From: Macrostomum hystrix
Taxonomy: Eukaryota > Animalia > Platyhelminthes
Direction of reading: 5' to 3'
NCBI GenBank assembly: GCA_950097015.1
Contig: CATNEN010000038.1
Span: 3,720,001 to 3,784,000, forward strand
Length of the DNA: 64,000 nucleotides
The position numbers and the translations under genes were made by a program. Shown in pieces: positions 1-12,804 of the stretch (positions are counted from its first letter, which is position 1; every line of letters begins with the position of its first letter). Below the pieces are notes generated by a model, which saw nothing but the letters and a program-made list of their open reading frames with translations, did not search any database and had not been told where the DNA came from.

Positions 1-3000
1 ACCTCCCCATGTCTTACCTCCCCATGTCTTATCGTCCCATGTCTTATCGCCCCATGTCTTACCTCCCATGTCTTACCTCCCCATGTCTTATCTCCCCATG
101 TCTTACCTCCCCATGTCTTACCTCCCCATGTCCTACCTCCCCATGTCTTACCCCCTCATGTCTTACCTCCCCATGTCTTACCTCCCCATGTCCTACCTCC
201 CCATGTCTTACCTCCCCATGTCTTATAACCCCATGTCTTACCTCCCCATGTCTTATCTCCCCATGTCTTACCTCCCCATGTCTTATCTCCCCATGTCTTA
301 CCCCCTCATGTCTTACCTCCCCATGTCTTACCTCCCCATGTCCTACCTCCCCATGTCTTACCTCCCCATGTCTTACCTCCCCATGTCTTATCTCCCCATG
401 TCTTATCTCCCCATGTCTTACCTCCCATGTCTTACCTCCCCATGTCTTACCTCCCCATGTCTTATCTCCCCATGTCTTACCTCCCCATGTCCTACCTCCC
501 CATGTCCTACCTCCCCATGTCTTACCTCCCCATGTCTTATAACCCCATGTCTTACCTCCCCATGTCTTATCTCCCCATGTCTTACCTCCCCATGTCTTAT
601 CTCCCCATGTCTTACCCCCTCATGTCTTACCTCCCCATGTCTTACCTCCCCATGTCCTACCTCCCCATGTCTTACCTCCCCATGTCTTACCTCCCCATGT
701 CTTATCTCCCCATGTCTTACCTCCCATGTCTTACCTCCCCATGTCTTACCTCCCCATGTCTTATCTCCCCATGTCTTACCTCCCCATGTCTTATCTCCCC
801 ATGTCTTACCCCCTCATGTCTTATCTCCCCATGTCTTACCTCCCCATGTCTTATCTCCCCATGTCTTACCTCCCCATGTCTTACCTCCCCATGTCTTACC
901 CCCTCATGTCTTACCTCCCCATGTCTTACCTCCCCATGTCCTACCTCCCCATGTCTTACCTCCCCATGTCTTACCTCCCCATGTCTTATCTCCCCATGTC
1001 TTATCTCCCCATGTCTTACCTCCCATGTCTTACCTCCCCATGTCTTACCTCCCCATGTCTTATCTCCCCATGTCTTACCTCCCCATGTCTTATCTCCCCA
1101 TGTCTTACCCCCTCATGTCTTATCTCCCCATGTCTTACCTCCCCATGTCTTATCTCCCCATGTCTTACCCCCTCATGTCTTATCTCCCCATGTCTTACCT
1201 CCCCATGTCTTATCTCCCCATGTCTTACCTCCCCATGTCTTACCTCCCCATGTCTTACCTCCCCATGTCTTATCGTCCCATGTCTTATCGCCCCATGTCT
1301 TACCTCCCATGTCTTACCTCCCCATGTCTTATCTCCCCATCTCTTACCTCCCCATGTCCTACCTCCCCATGTCTTACCCCCTCATGTCTTACCTCCCCAT
1401 GTCTTACCTCCCCATGTCCTACCTCCCCATGTCTTACCTCCCCATGTCTTATAACCCCATGTCTTACCTCCCCATGTCTTATCTCCCCATGTCTTACCTC
1501 CCCATGTCTTATCTCCCCATGTCTTACCCCCTCATGTCTTACCTCCCCATGTCTTACCTCCCCATGTCCTACCTCCCCATGTCTTACCTCCCCATGTCTT
1601 ACCTCCCCATGTCTTACCTCCCCATGTCTTATCGTCCCATGTCTTACCTCCCCATGTCTTATCGTCCCATGTCTTATCTCCCCATGTCTTACCTCCCATG
1701 TCTATATCCAATGTCTTACCTCCCCATGTCTTACCTCCCCATGTCTTACCTCCCCATGTCCTATCTCTGCCATGTTATCGAGTTTCTGTGACTTTACTCA
1801 CTATAGTCTCTCTGATTATGAGCTAGAAAATGAGAGTAATTTGAATGTCTTTACTCTCTAAAATATTTAAGCAAAAACATTTGACAAGGTGACAAGCGGC
1901 TCGTGTGTATATTTGAGTAAAAGATCTCACTAAATAATAAAAAACTACAGTTGCTATGGGAGTAGGCTGAGCAAATACCGTGTCCAAGTCTAACTTTCCA
2001 GTCTTCTCTCCAGTGTATCATCTATCAAGCGTTTCTTCTCGCTTGTTCTTCTTCTCTCGTCTCCCCAAATCTCATCCCCCATGTCTTACCTCCCCATGTC
2101 TTACCTCCCCATGTCTTACCTCCCCATGTCTTACCTCCCCATGTCTTACCTCCCCATGTCTTACCTCCCCATGTCTTACCTCCCCATGTCTTACCTCCCC
2201 ATGTCTTACCTCCCCATGTCTTACCTCCCCATGTCTTACCTCCCCATGTCTTACCTCCCCATGTCTTATCGTCCCATGTCTTATCGCCCCATGTCTTACC
2301 TCCCATGTCTTACCTCCCCATGTCTTATCTCCCCATGTCTTACCTCCCCATGTCTTACCTCCCCATGTCCTACCTCCCCATGTCTTACCCCCTCATGTCT
2401 TACCTCCCCATGTCTTACCTCCCCATGTCCTACCTCCCCATGTCTTACCTCCCCATGTCTTATAACCCCATGTCTTACCTCCCCATGTCTTATCTCCCCA
2501 TGTCTTACCTCCCCATGTCTTATCTCCCCATGTCTTACCCCCTCATGTCTTACCTCCCCATGTCTTACCTCCCCATGTCCTACCTCCCCATGTCTTACCT
2601 CCCCATGTCTTACCTCCCCATGTCTTATCTCCCCATGTCTTATCTCCCCATGTCTTACCTCCCATGTCTTACCTCCCCATGTCTTACCTCCCCATGTCTT
2701 ATCTCCCCATGTCTTACCTCCCCATGTCCTACCTCCCCATGTCCTACCTCCCCATGTCTTACCTCCCCATGTCTTATAACCCCATGTCTTACCTCCCCAT
2801 GTCTTATCTCCCCATGTCTTACCTCCCCATGTCTTATCTCCCCATGTCTTACCCCCTCATGTCTTACCTCCCCATGTCTTACCTCCCCATGTCCTACCTC
2901 CCCATGTCTTACCTCCCCATGTCTTACCTCCCCATGTCTTATCTCCCCATGTCTTACCTCCCATGTCTTACCTCCCCATGTCTTACCTCCCCATGTCTTA

Positions 3001-5961
3001 TCTCCCCATGTCTTACCTCCCCATGTCTTATCTCCCCATGTCTTACCCCCTCATGTCTTATCTCCCCATGTCTTACCTCCCCATGTCTTATCTCCCCATG
3101 TCTTACCTCCCCATGTCTTACCTCCCCATGTCTTACCCCCTCATGTCTTACCTCCCCATGTCTTACCTCCCCATGTCCTACCTCCCCATGTCTTACCTCC
3201 CCATGTCTTACCTCCCCATGTCTTATCTCCCCATGTCTTATCTCCCCATGTCTTACCTCCCATGTCTTACCTCCCCATGTCTTACCTCCCCATGTCTTAT
3301 CTCCCCATGTCTTACCTCCCCATGTCTTATCTCCCCATGTCTTACCCCCTCATGTCTTATCTCCCCATGTCTTACCTCCCCATGTCTTATCTCCCCATGT
3401 CTTACCCCCTCATGTCTTATCTCCCCATGTCTTACCTCCCCATGTCTTATCTCCCCATGTCTTACCTCCCCATGTCTTACCTCCCCATGTCTTACCTCCC
3501 CATGTCTTATCGTCCCATGTCTTATCGCCCCATGTCTTACCTCCCATGTCTTACCTCCCCATGTCTTATCTCCCCATCTCTTACCTCCCCATGTCCTACC
3601 TCCCCATGTCTTACCCCCTCATGTCTTACCTCCCCATGTCTTACCTCCCCATGTCCTACCTCCCCATGTCTTACCTCCCCATGTCTTATAACCCCATGTC
3701 TTACCTCCCCATGTCTTATCTCCCCATGTCTTACCTCCCCATGTCTTATCTCCCCATGTCTTACCCCCTCATGTCTTACCTCCCCATGTCTTACCTCCCC
3801 ATGTCCTACCTCCCCATGTCTTACCTCCCCATGTCTTACCTCCCCATGTCTTATCTCCCCATGTCTTATCTCCCCATGTCTTACCTCCCCATGTCCTACC
3901 TCCCCATGTCTTACCCCCTCATGTCTTACCTCCCATGTCTTACCTCCCCATGTCCTACCTCCCCATGTCTTACCTCCCCATGTCTTATAACCCCATGTCT
4001 TACCTCCCCATGTCTTATCTCCCCATGTCTTACCTCCCCATGTCTTATCTCCCCATGTCTTACCCCCTCATGTCTTACCTCCCCATGTCTTACCTCCCCA
4101 TGTCCTACCTCCCCATGTCTTACCTCCCCATGTCTTACCTCCCCATGTCTTACCTCCCCATGTCTTATCTCCCCATGTCTTACCTCCCATGTCTTACCTC
4201 CCCATGTCTTACCTCCCCATGTCTTATCTCCCCATGTCTTACCTCCCCATGTCCTACCTCCCCATGTCTTACCTCCCCATGTCTTATAACCCCATGTCTT
4301 ACCTCCCCATGTCTTATCTCCCCATGTCTTACCTCCCCATGTCTTATCTCCCCATGTCTTACCCCCTCATGTCTTACCTCCCCATGTCTTACCTCCCCAT
4401 GTCCTACCTCCCCATGTCTTACCTCCCCATGTCTTACCTCCCCATGTCTTATCTCCCCATGTCTTATCTCCCCATGTCTTACCTCCCATGTCTTACCTCC
4501 CCATGTCTTACCTCCCCATGTCTTATCTCCCCATGTCTTACCTCCCCATGTCTTATCTCCCCATGTCTTACCCCCTCATGTCTTATCTCCCCATGTCTTA
4601 CCTCCCCATGTCTTATCTCCCCATGTCTTACCTCCCCATGTCTTATCTCCCCATGTCTTACCCCCTCATGTCTTACCTCCCCATGTCTTACCTCCCCATG
4701 TCCTACCTCCCCATGTCCTACCTCCCCATGTCTTACCTCCCCATGTCTTACCTCCCCATGTCTTACCTCCCCATGTCTTATCGTCCCATGTCTTATCGCC
4801 CCATGTCTTAACCCCCATGTCTTACCTCCCCATGTCTTATCTCCCCATGTCTTACCTCCCCATGTCTTACCTCCCCATGTCCTACCTCCCCATGTCTTAC
4901 CTCCCCATGTCTTACCCCCTCATGTCTTACCTCCCCATGTCTTACCTCCCCATGTCCTACCTCCCCATGTCTTACCTCCCCATGTCTTATAACCCCATGT
5001 CTTACCTCCCCATGTCTTATCTCCCCATGTCTTACCTCCCCATGTCTTATCTCCCCATGTCTTACCCCCTCATGTCTTACCTCCCCATGTCTTACCTCCC
5101 CATGTCCTACCTCCCCATGTCTTACCTCCCCATGTCTTACCTCCCCATGTCTTATCTCCCCATGTCTTATCTCCCCATGTCTTACCTCCCCATGTCCTAC
5201 CTCCCCATGTCTTACCCCCTCATGTCTTACCTCCCATGTCTTACCTCCCCATGTCCTACCTCCCCATGTCTTACCTCCCCATGTCTTATAACCCCATGTC
5301 TTACCTCCCCATGTCTTATCTCCCCATGTCTTACCTCCCCATGTCTTATCTCCCCATGTCTTACCCCCTCATGTCTTACCTCCCCATGTCTTACCTCCCC
5401 ATGTCCTACCTCCCCATGTCTTACCTCCCCATGTCTTACCTCCCCATGTCTTATCTCCCCATGTCTTATCTCCCCATGTCTTACCTCCCATGTCTTACCT
5501 CCCCATGTCTTACCTCCCCATGTCTTATCTCCCCATGTCTTACCTCCCCATGTCTTATCTCCCCATGTCTTACCCCCTCATGTCTTATCTCCCCATGTCT
5601 TACCTCCCCATGTCTTATCTCCCCATGTCTTACCTCCCCATGTCTTATCTCCCCATGTCTTACCCCCTCATGTCTTACCTCCCCATGTCTTACCTCCCCA
5701 TGTCTTATCTCCCCATGTCTTACCTCCCATGTCTTACCTCCCCATGTCTTACCTCCCCATGTCTTATCTCCCCATGTCTTACCTCCCCATGTCTTACCTC
5801 CCCATGTCTTATCTCCCCATGTCTTACCTCCCCATGTCTTATCTCCCCATGTCTTACCCCCTCATGTCTTATCTCCCCATGTCTTACCTCCCCATGTCTT
5901 ATCTCCCCATGTCTTACCCCCTCATGTCTTATCTCCCCATGTCTTACCTCCCCATGTCCTA
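1..5961. repeat. 15-bp minisatellite (CCCCATGTCTTACCT)n with higher-order structure, interrupted by unique DNA at ~1762-2074
   Basis: Unit read directly. Variant monomers (ATAACC, CCCCTC, ATCGTC, 14-bp deletion unit) recur at ~299, ~1301 and ~2237 bp periods. Source of the spurious MSYLP/CLTSP/HVLPP ORFs. Confidence 0.97.
1764..1953. repeat. ~190-bp unique segment, copy 1 (duplicated at 5962-6151)
   Basis: TCTCTGCCATGTTATCGAG...AAAACTACAGTTG occurs twice at offset 4198, each time directly after the 15-mer array. Confidence 0.93.
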
Positions 5962-6151
5962 TCTCTGCCATGTTATCGAGTTTCTGTGACTTTACTCACT
6001 ATAGTCTCTCTGATTATGAGCTAGAAAATGAGAGTAATTTGAATGTCTTTACTCTCTAAAATATTTAAGCAAAAACATTTGACAAGGTGACAAGCGGCTC
6101 GTGTGTATATTTGAGTAAAAGATCTCACTAAATAATAAAAAACTACAGTTG
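5962..6151. repeat. ~190-bp unique segment, copy 2
   Basis: Matches 1764-1953 by eye. Confidence 0.93.
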
Positions 6152-6779
6152 TGTTTTTCAGCTGTTAAATAAACGAAACAACTAAAGCGCCCAGCATAAG
6201 GCATTGCACAACAAGCAATTAATACGCGAATTAAAATGGATGCCTATATATTATAGCGATGAGAAATTCATAAAACTCATAATTAATCACAAGAGCACAA
6301 GTGATTTATCTTCAATTTTTTTAATTGGAGTTTAGAAATCAGAAAATATTATTATGAACAAACATTTTCGCACAAAACAGTTAGTTGATTACAAAAAACA
6401 CTTAGATTAATTGTGAAACTACTTTTAGTAGACAAGTCTGCGATTGTGATGATTAAAAAAGTGCAAACAAAATTGCCGTTAGCTGACAAAAATGAAGCTG
6501 TATTTACAAAACTATTATAGCAGCATTTATTTTAAGTGCATTGAAAATTGGCATGCGATTGCATTGCAAAACAGATTCAGCATTTCTCTTCAGAAATGTG
6601 TTTGTGGCGTTAGGACAATGACTCGAAAAATTACTTTTCTTACAAAACAAAAAAATGTTCCTTTTTCACCAAAAGATAGTAGATAGTTAAGAATTAGCAG
6701 CATTCATAAAGTAAAAAATGTTAAAAAGGACGAAATATCATTGTTAAGTTAGAATTCTTGTTAAAAAAGTCGACACAAC

Positions 6780-9700
6780 TTAATAATAGACGGGCCGGTC
6801 TCGGGTGTTGCAACCGTCAGGAATTTCTTCGTAAACTGGATAGAAATTGCCCGTGCCGAATTGCTGCTGATGCTGCTGCTGATGCTGTTGCTGATACTGC
6901 TGCTGATGCTGTTGCTGCTGCTGCTGCTGATGCTGTTGCTGATGCTGCTGCTGATGCTGTTGCTGCTGCTGCTGCTGATGCTGCTGCTGATGCTGCTGCT
7001 GATGCTGTTGCTGCTGCTGATGCTGCTGCTGATGCTGATGCTGCTGCTGATACTGCTGCTGATGCTGCTGCTGATGCTGCTGCTGATGCTGTTGCTGCTG
7101 CTGATGCTGCTGCTCATGCTGATGCTGCTGCTGATGCTGTTGCGGCGGCAGCGGCTGCAGCAGCCTTGACTGGCACGAGGGACTGCTGGTGCCGTTGCCA
7201 TAGACACCGACACCCGCTGGCTGCTGCTGCTGCTGCATCGCTTGAACCGGCGGCGGCGGTCGCGGCGGCGGCTGCTGCGGCTGATAAAGAAAAGTTGGCG
7301 GATCAGCCAGCACAGTGAAGATGGAGAAGTCGGTGAAGGCGGTGCCGTCGGGCAGATCGTGGGGAGCCGAGCCGTTGGCGAACATCCCCGTGGGATATTT
7401 GTAGCCGCCAGAGGTCCCACCGCCGGTGGCGGCAGCGGCGGCCGAATGTCGGCGATCATAAGACGAATCGTCGGTGTCGTCCGTGGAGCGCAGAGCGGCT
7501 TCTTCAAAGGTGATGACACCGATCTGTGCAGTAGGATTTGGCAAATCGGTGTAGCTAAAGAGATTGGATAATACAATTATCAGAGTTGCTTGAGACGGAT
7601 CGGACGGAAAGGATTAATTAGAGATCGGATTAGCATACAGAAGGGATTAATTAGAGATTGGATTAGCATACAGAAGGGATTAATTAGAGATCCAATTAGC
7701 ATACAGAAGGGATTAATTAGAGATTGGATTAGCATACAGAAGGGATTAATTAGAGATCGGATTAGCATACAGAAGGGATTAATTAGAGATCCAATTAGCA
7801 TACAGAAGGGATTAATTAGAGATCGGATTAGCATACAGAAGGGATTAATTAGAGATCGGATTAGCATACAGAAGGGATTAATTAGAGATCGGATTAGCAT
7901 ACAGAAGGGATTAATTAGAGATCCAATTAGCATACAGAAGGGATTAATTAGAGATCGGATTAGCATACAGAAGGGATTAATTAGAGATCCAATTAGCATA
8001 TAGAAGGGATTAATTAGAGATCCAATTAGCATATAGAAGGGATTAATTAGAGATCCAATTAGCATATAGAAGGGATTAATTAGAGATCCAATTAGCATAC
8101 AGAAGGGATTAATTAGAGATCGGATTAGCATATAGAAGGGATTAATTAGAGATCCAATTAGCATACAGAAGGGATTAATTAGAGATCCAATTAGCATACA
8201 GAAGGGATTAATTAGAGATCGGATTAGCATATAAAAGGGATTAATTAGAGATCGGATTAGCATATAGAAGGGATTAATTAGAGATCCAATTAGCATATAG
8301 AAAGGGATTAATTAGAGATCCAATTAGCATATAGAAGGGATTAATTAGAGATCCAATTAGCATACAGAAGGGATTAATTAGAGATCGGATTAGCATATAG
8401 AAGGGATTAATTAGAGATCCAATTAGCATACAGAAGGGATTAATTAGAGATCCAATTAGCATACAGAAGGGATTAATTAGAGATTGGATTAGCATACAGA
8501 AGGGATTAATTAGAGATTGGATTAGCATACAGAAAGGATTAATTAGAGATCGGATTAGCATATAGAAGGGATTAATTAGAGATCGAATTAGCATATAGAA
8601 GGGATTAATTTGCGATCGGTCAGACTGCAGTCGGAATTGCCATGGAAACAAATAGACATACTAAGTGCATTGTCCAAAGATAAATAATTAACAAGTCTAG
8701 TTGAATTATATAATAAAAGTACAAATATTTGATCAACTAAGATTAAGAACTCAAAGCCATAAATAAATTATAACTGAAATCTAAGCTACTTTATAAACTA
8801 TAGCAGGACACATCAAATTCTTAACCCTTGACGTTTGAGCAGTTTAAAAAGCGAAAAATGCCAACTAAAGCTGATAATGCTAATCCAGACTCCAAACCGA
8901 CTACTTCAACACGGGAAATGAGTAAAGAGTACTTCCTGTCGCGACTTTATAAACAATAGAACGGTTAGGAGAAGCTAAACTAGCCTTTTAAACACTTCAT
9001 TAGCATAAAACTGATTCTCATGAATTCTAATTGAACCCAACTTAGCAACAGCGACAGGCAATAGGCAGTGACGCCCACAGCACAGACGAACACAGACCTC
9101 CATTGGGTTTCATTGCACTAGAACTCTTGCAATTTTGAATATAGAATAAGGAGAATCAGTGAAGAGTGAAAGTGAATTGAAGTAGAGTGACAGGGAATCG
9201 AAGCAGAGTGAAAGGGAATCGAAGCAGAGTGACGGGGAATCGAAGCAGAGTGAAAGGGAATCGAAGCAGAGTGAAAGTGAATTGAAGCAGAGTGAAAGGG
9301 AATCGAAGCAGAGTGAAAGTGAATTGAAGCAGAGTGAAAGGGAATCGAAGCAGAGTGAAAGGGAATCGAAGCAGAGTGAAAGGGAATCGAAGCAGAGTGA
9401 AAGTGAATTGAAGCAGAGTGAAAGCGAATCGAAGCAGAGTGAAAGGGAATCGAAGCAGAGTGAAAGGGAATCGAAGCAGAGTGAAAGTGAATTGAAGCAG
9501 AGTGAAAGGGAATCGAAGCAGAGTGACAGGGAATCGAAGCAGAGTGACAGGGAATCGAAGCAGAGTGACAGGGAATCGAAGCAGAGGAAAAGGGAATCGA
9601 AGCAGGGTGAAAGGGAATCGAAGCAGAGTGAAACGGAATCGAAGCAGAGTATAAGAAACATTACAAAACACATCAGCCTACCTGCGAAGTCTTAATATGA

Positions 9701-12700
9701 AACGGGAAATTGGTATTAGCCACGGTAGGCCTAGTGATGACCAGGTAGAACAGCTGGGCAACGAATAGAATCGACAATTCAACAAAGTTGACCACCTTCT
9801 CGCGCATATAGTCGGGCACGCGAGTGATGTTGACAGCCACGGCAATGGGCGTGCTGACGAACCACAGCGAGAAGAAGGCGATCATCGGCACGTAAAACGT
9901 GCGCTTCCTCCGATACCTGACAAACGAATACGCGCAGCCGGCAAGGTAGAATATCCAGGCTGCTAGGGTTAGGGCCAGCAGGCCGTAGCCCGGCTGAGAC
10001 TCCCAGCGATACAGCACCAGCGCAGGGTCGAAGGTTGCCGCCTCCACTGCGAATAAGGCCACGAAACCGACAACGAATGCCGTCATGAAGACGGAGATCA
10101 GGGCCGTAGCCCAGGTAGGCAGCCGGCCGCAGGTGATGGTGTAGCCAAGGCTGAGCAGCAGCAGCATCATCACGAATGCGATGCTGGCGGCTGAGTACAG
10201 CGCCGCGGCTGGTAAGGAATTTCAAAGCAATTTGCGATTCCCAGCTGACAAATGAGCACCTCACACCAACTTAGCATCTCCCAGACCCTGAACCCGAATA
10301 TCCTGAAACTAGTTACCTGAAACCGAATATCCTGAAACTAGTTACCTGAACCCGAATATCCTGAACTAGTTACCTGAACCCGAATATCCTGAAACTAGTT
10401 ACCTGAACCCGAATATCCTGAAACTTTGCTGATTCAGAATAATCTGAAACTACATTGCAACTGAACGCAACACCCAAATTATTCAGTCACTGAACCCATG
10501 ATAAAACTTGCTCAAATATCTTACACAGGTAATGCAGGAAAGTAGATTTTCTTCCGGTAGAGCCATAGCTGATATAAGCAATGCAGGTAAGGCAGATGTT
10601 TAGCAACAGTAAAACTGCCGATAATAAAAATATTTTATAGGTCGTATGAAACAGCTGCTTCTTTCTTAGGCGAACTGAAATGATGTACAGTTTTGACGTT
10701 TTTAAGTCATAATTACTTACACTTGTATAAAAGAACATCAAATTTATAAAGAGCGAAGTTCTCAAACCTACTGGAAATCAAAATGGCCACAGCTAGCAGA
10801 CCCGACTGCAAGAAGAAGAAGCCAATGTTGAACTCCAGAATGTCTAAAAAATGAAAAAAAACTTTCGCTATAAAAATGCGAGCAAAGTAAAACAAAACAA
10901 TACCACCTTACTGAAGTTTTTTTTCACAACACAAGAACTCACAGATCTCATCGGCGGAGAAGTGCTCCCTGAACAGGTTGCCTCTGTCTCCATTTCTTAG
11001 CCACATGTCGTAACTCATCAGGAGACCCTGGAGTGGAAATTGCATGAGTGGAAGATGCAGGGAGATGGAATGAAGGGAGGATGCAGGGAGATGGAATGAA
11101 GGGAGGATGCAGGGAGATGGAATGAAGGGAGGATGCAGGGAGATGGAATGAAGGGAGGATGCAGGGAGATGGAATGAAGGGAGGATGCAGGGAGATGGAA
11201 TGGAGGGAAGATTCAGGGAGATGGAATGAAGGGAGAATGTAGGGAGATGGAATGAAGCGAGGGTGCAGGGACGGATTAATGATTGGCTGCTCTGCACTTA
11301 CACTCCTAGCCAAGCAGTTGGACATGACTATAAACCACCAGCGCTCCCTAGCAGACTTGAATTGGTACTCCTTGGAGTCGCATAGAATGGCTGTGCCATT
11401 GTCCACAGGCCTGCACAGGCCAGATTCAGGCGACAGGCGGAAGATCTGATAGCTCAGAATGTCAAGCTCTGACTCCTTCTGGGTGCAGGACTGCAGTGGG
11501 ATTCGAGGAGAAACTTTTAACCTCACTGCTTAATATATGTCGAACCTAAAGAATAAAACATAGATTTACAGGTAAAATGGAATAACATATAAAAACTCAC
11601 CAACTCAGTCCTATAAACACTACTCCAGAGATTTGGCTTGTCCCAGTACAGCAGCATACTCTGAGTCATGTAGGACTGAAATTTTTATAACAAATTTGAA
11701 TATGTTTGATATTTAAATTAAAACAACTTTAAAAAATAGGTGGATCAGGCTTACCACTGGATAGCGAATAGTGAACTGCAGGGACCCTTTGTCAGGCAAG
11801 AAACAAAACCTCGTCAGAAACTGCCAGTTCTGTATTGGTATAAAATGTATAAATAGCTTTGTTACATAATAGTCTTCATAAGATTTATTATAATAGAATC
11901 ACTTACTTAAATAAAAGCTAACTAAAATGAACTATTAACTATTGTTAATTCTAAACAAGTTTGCAAGCATATAGCACTCTTAATTTTTAAGTGTAAACCA
12001 CACTTTTATTTTTTTCAACCAATTTTTTTTTTTTAGATAAAATGTATCTTTATCAAAATGTTAATAAAGTCAAAGAGAAACGTATTTAAAATTAGATTTA
12101 AGTTATTCTTGCAATGATTCAGTCATTCAAATAAAAGGTAACTGAAGTTTTTAATTTTAATGTTTTTATATACATTTTAGCTTGCTTTAGACTGAGGTGA
12201 AAGACTATGGCAGTAATTGGAAACCAGTAATTTGATCATCTTGGGCCTAGGCCCTAGTGTCAACTTGTCAAGATTTTTGCTTCTTTTTTGTCAGTTTTTA
12301 ACAATCATATCCTGCATAAAATCCTATCTTGAATATCATTGACCAGGTTAAGTATTTCACAATACATAGTTTACATAAAATCACTACTGAGACTTCACAA
12401 TACTAAATAGCAAGCAGACATTAATAGCTTGTATATACACAACCTATAGTATATATTAAGAAAGCTACTGCCTTGGTCCCACTGTATTCTGTTGCAGTAC
12501 TTGCAGCCCATTGCAGTCTGTTGTGGTCCATTTTGATGTTTACATTGACCCTCCTCAGCCTAGCTAGCTATACAAAATCTCAGTTCCCAATTCAAAAAAT
12601 ATTTTAGATCCTAACATAGACAAATATAAAAAAATTGTATTCTATCCAACATATACTTCTGATAATGTAGAAAGTGAATATTTAAGTACAACTTACTGAA

Positions 12701-12804
12701 TCAGTCTGAAGAACACCACTAATGTGTTTTCCTTGATAACAATGTGGGTGAAGCAAGAAAACCAAAATTGGAATCATAGTTGATTTTAAAATTAAATGAA
12801 TCAT
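6780..12804 (-). CDS. TMEM145: TMEM145-like (GPR180/TMEM145 family) multi-pass membrane protein, 9 exons, ~674 aa, C-terminal Q/H-rich tail
   Basis: Exons (minus): 12804-12697 (alternative ATG 12777), 11829-11755, 11675-11601, 11490-11302, 11027-10943, 10843-10772, 10674-10525, 10208-9682, 7523-6780. All GT-AG with matching phases. Motifs NWQFLTRFCF, FKSARERWWFIVMSNC, EHFSADE, LFHTTYKIF, YRWESQPGYG, REKVVN, ANTNFPFHIKTSQI match my recollection of TMEM145. Hydrophobic N-terminus. Confidence 0.88.
6861..7140 (-). repeat. Coding CAG/CAT/CAA repeat giving a ~90-residue (QQQH)n tract in the last TMEM145-like exon
   Basis: In frame with IGVITFEEAA...PVYY* of the exon 7523-6780. Confidence 0.85.
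7607..8610. repeat. 33-bp minisatellite (AAGGGATTAATTAGAGATCGGATTAGCATACAG)n, TMEM145 intron 8
   Basis: About 30 tandem copies read directly. Confidence 0.95.
9163..9650. repeat. 21-bp minisatellite (GAAGCAGAGTGAAAGGGAATC)n, TMEM145 intron 8
   Basis: Tandem copies ending ~30 nt from the donor at 9681. Confidence 0.95.
10288..10425. repeat. ~29-bp minisatellite (CCTGAACCCGAATATCCTGAAACTAGTTA)n, TMEM145 intron 7
   Basis: About 4.5 copies. Confidence 0.9.
11050..11270. repeat. 26/27-bp minisatellite (GATGCAGGGAGATGGAATGAAGGGAG)n filling TMEM145 intron 4
   Basis: About 8 copies occupying most of a 274-nt intron. Confidence 0.92.

Noticed and set aside
9-6059. Long ORFs of MSYLP/CLTSP/HVLPP repeats (up to 684 aa)
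   Set aside because: All three frames are open only because the 15-mer lacks stop codons. Frames swap at 14-bp units and there is no domain content.
6758-7318. Plus-strand poly-Ala/Asp and poly-Leu ORFs
   Set aside because: Antisense shadows of the polyQ exon of the TMEM145-like gene.
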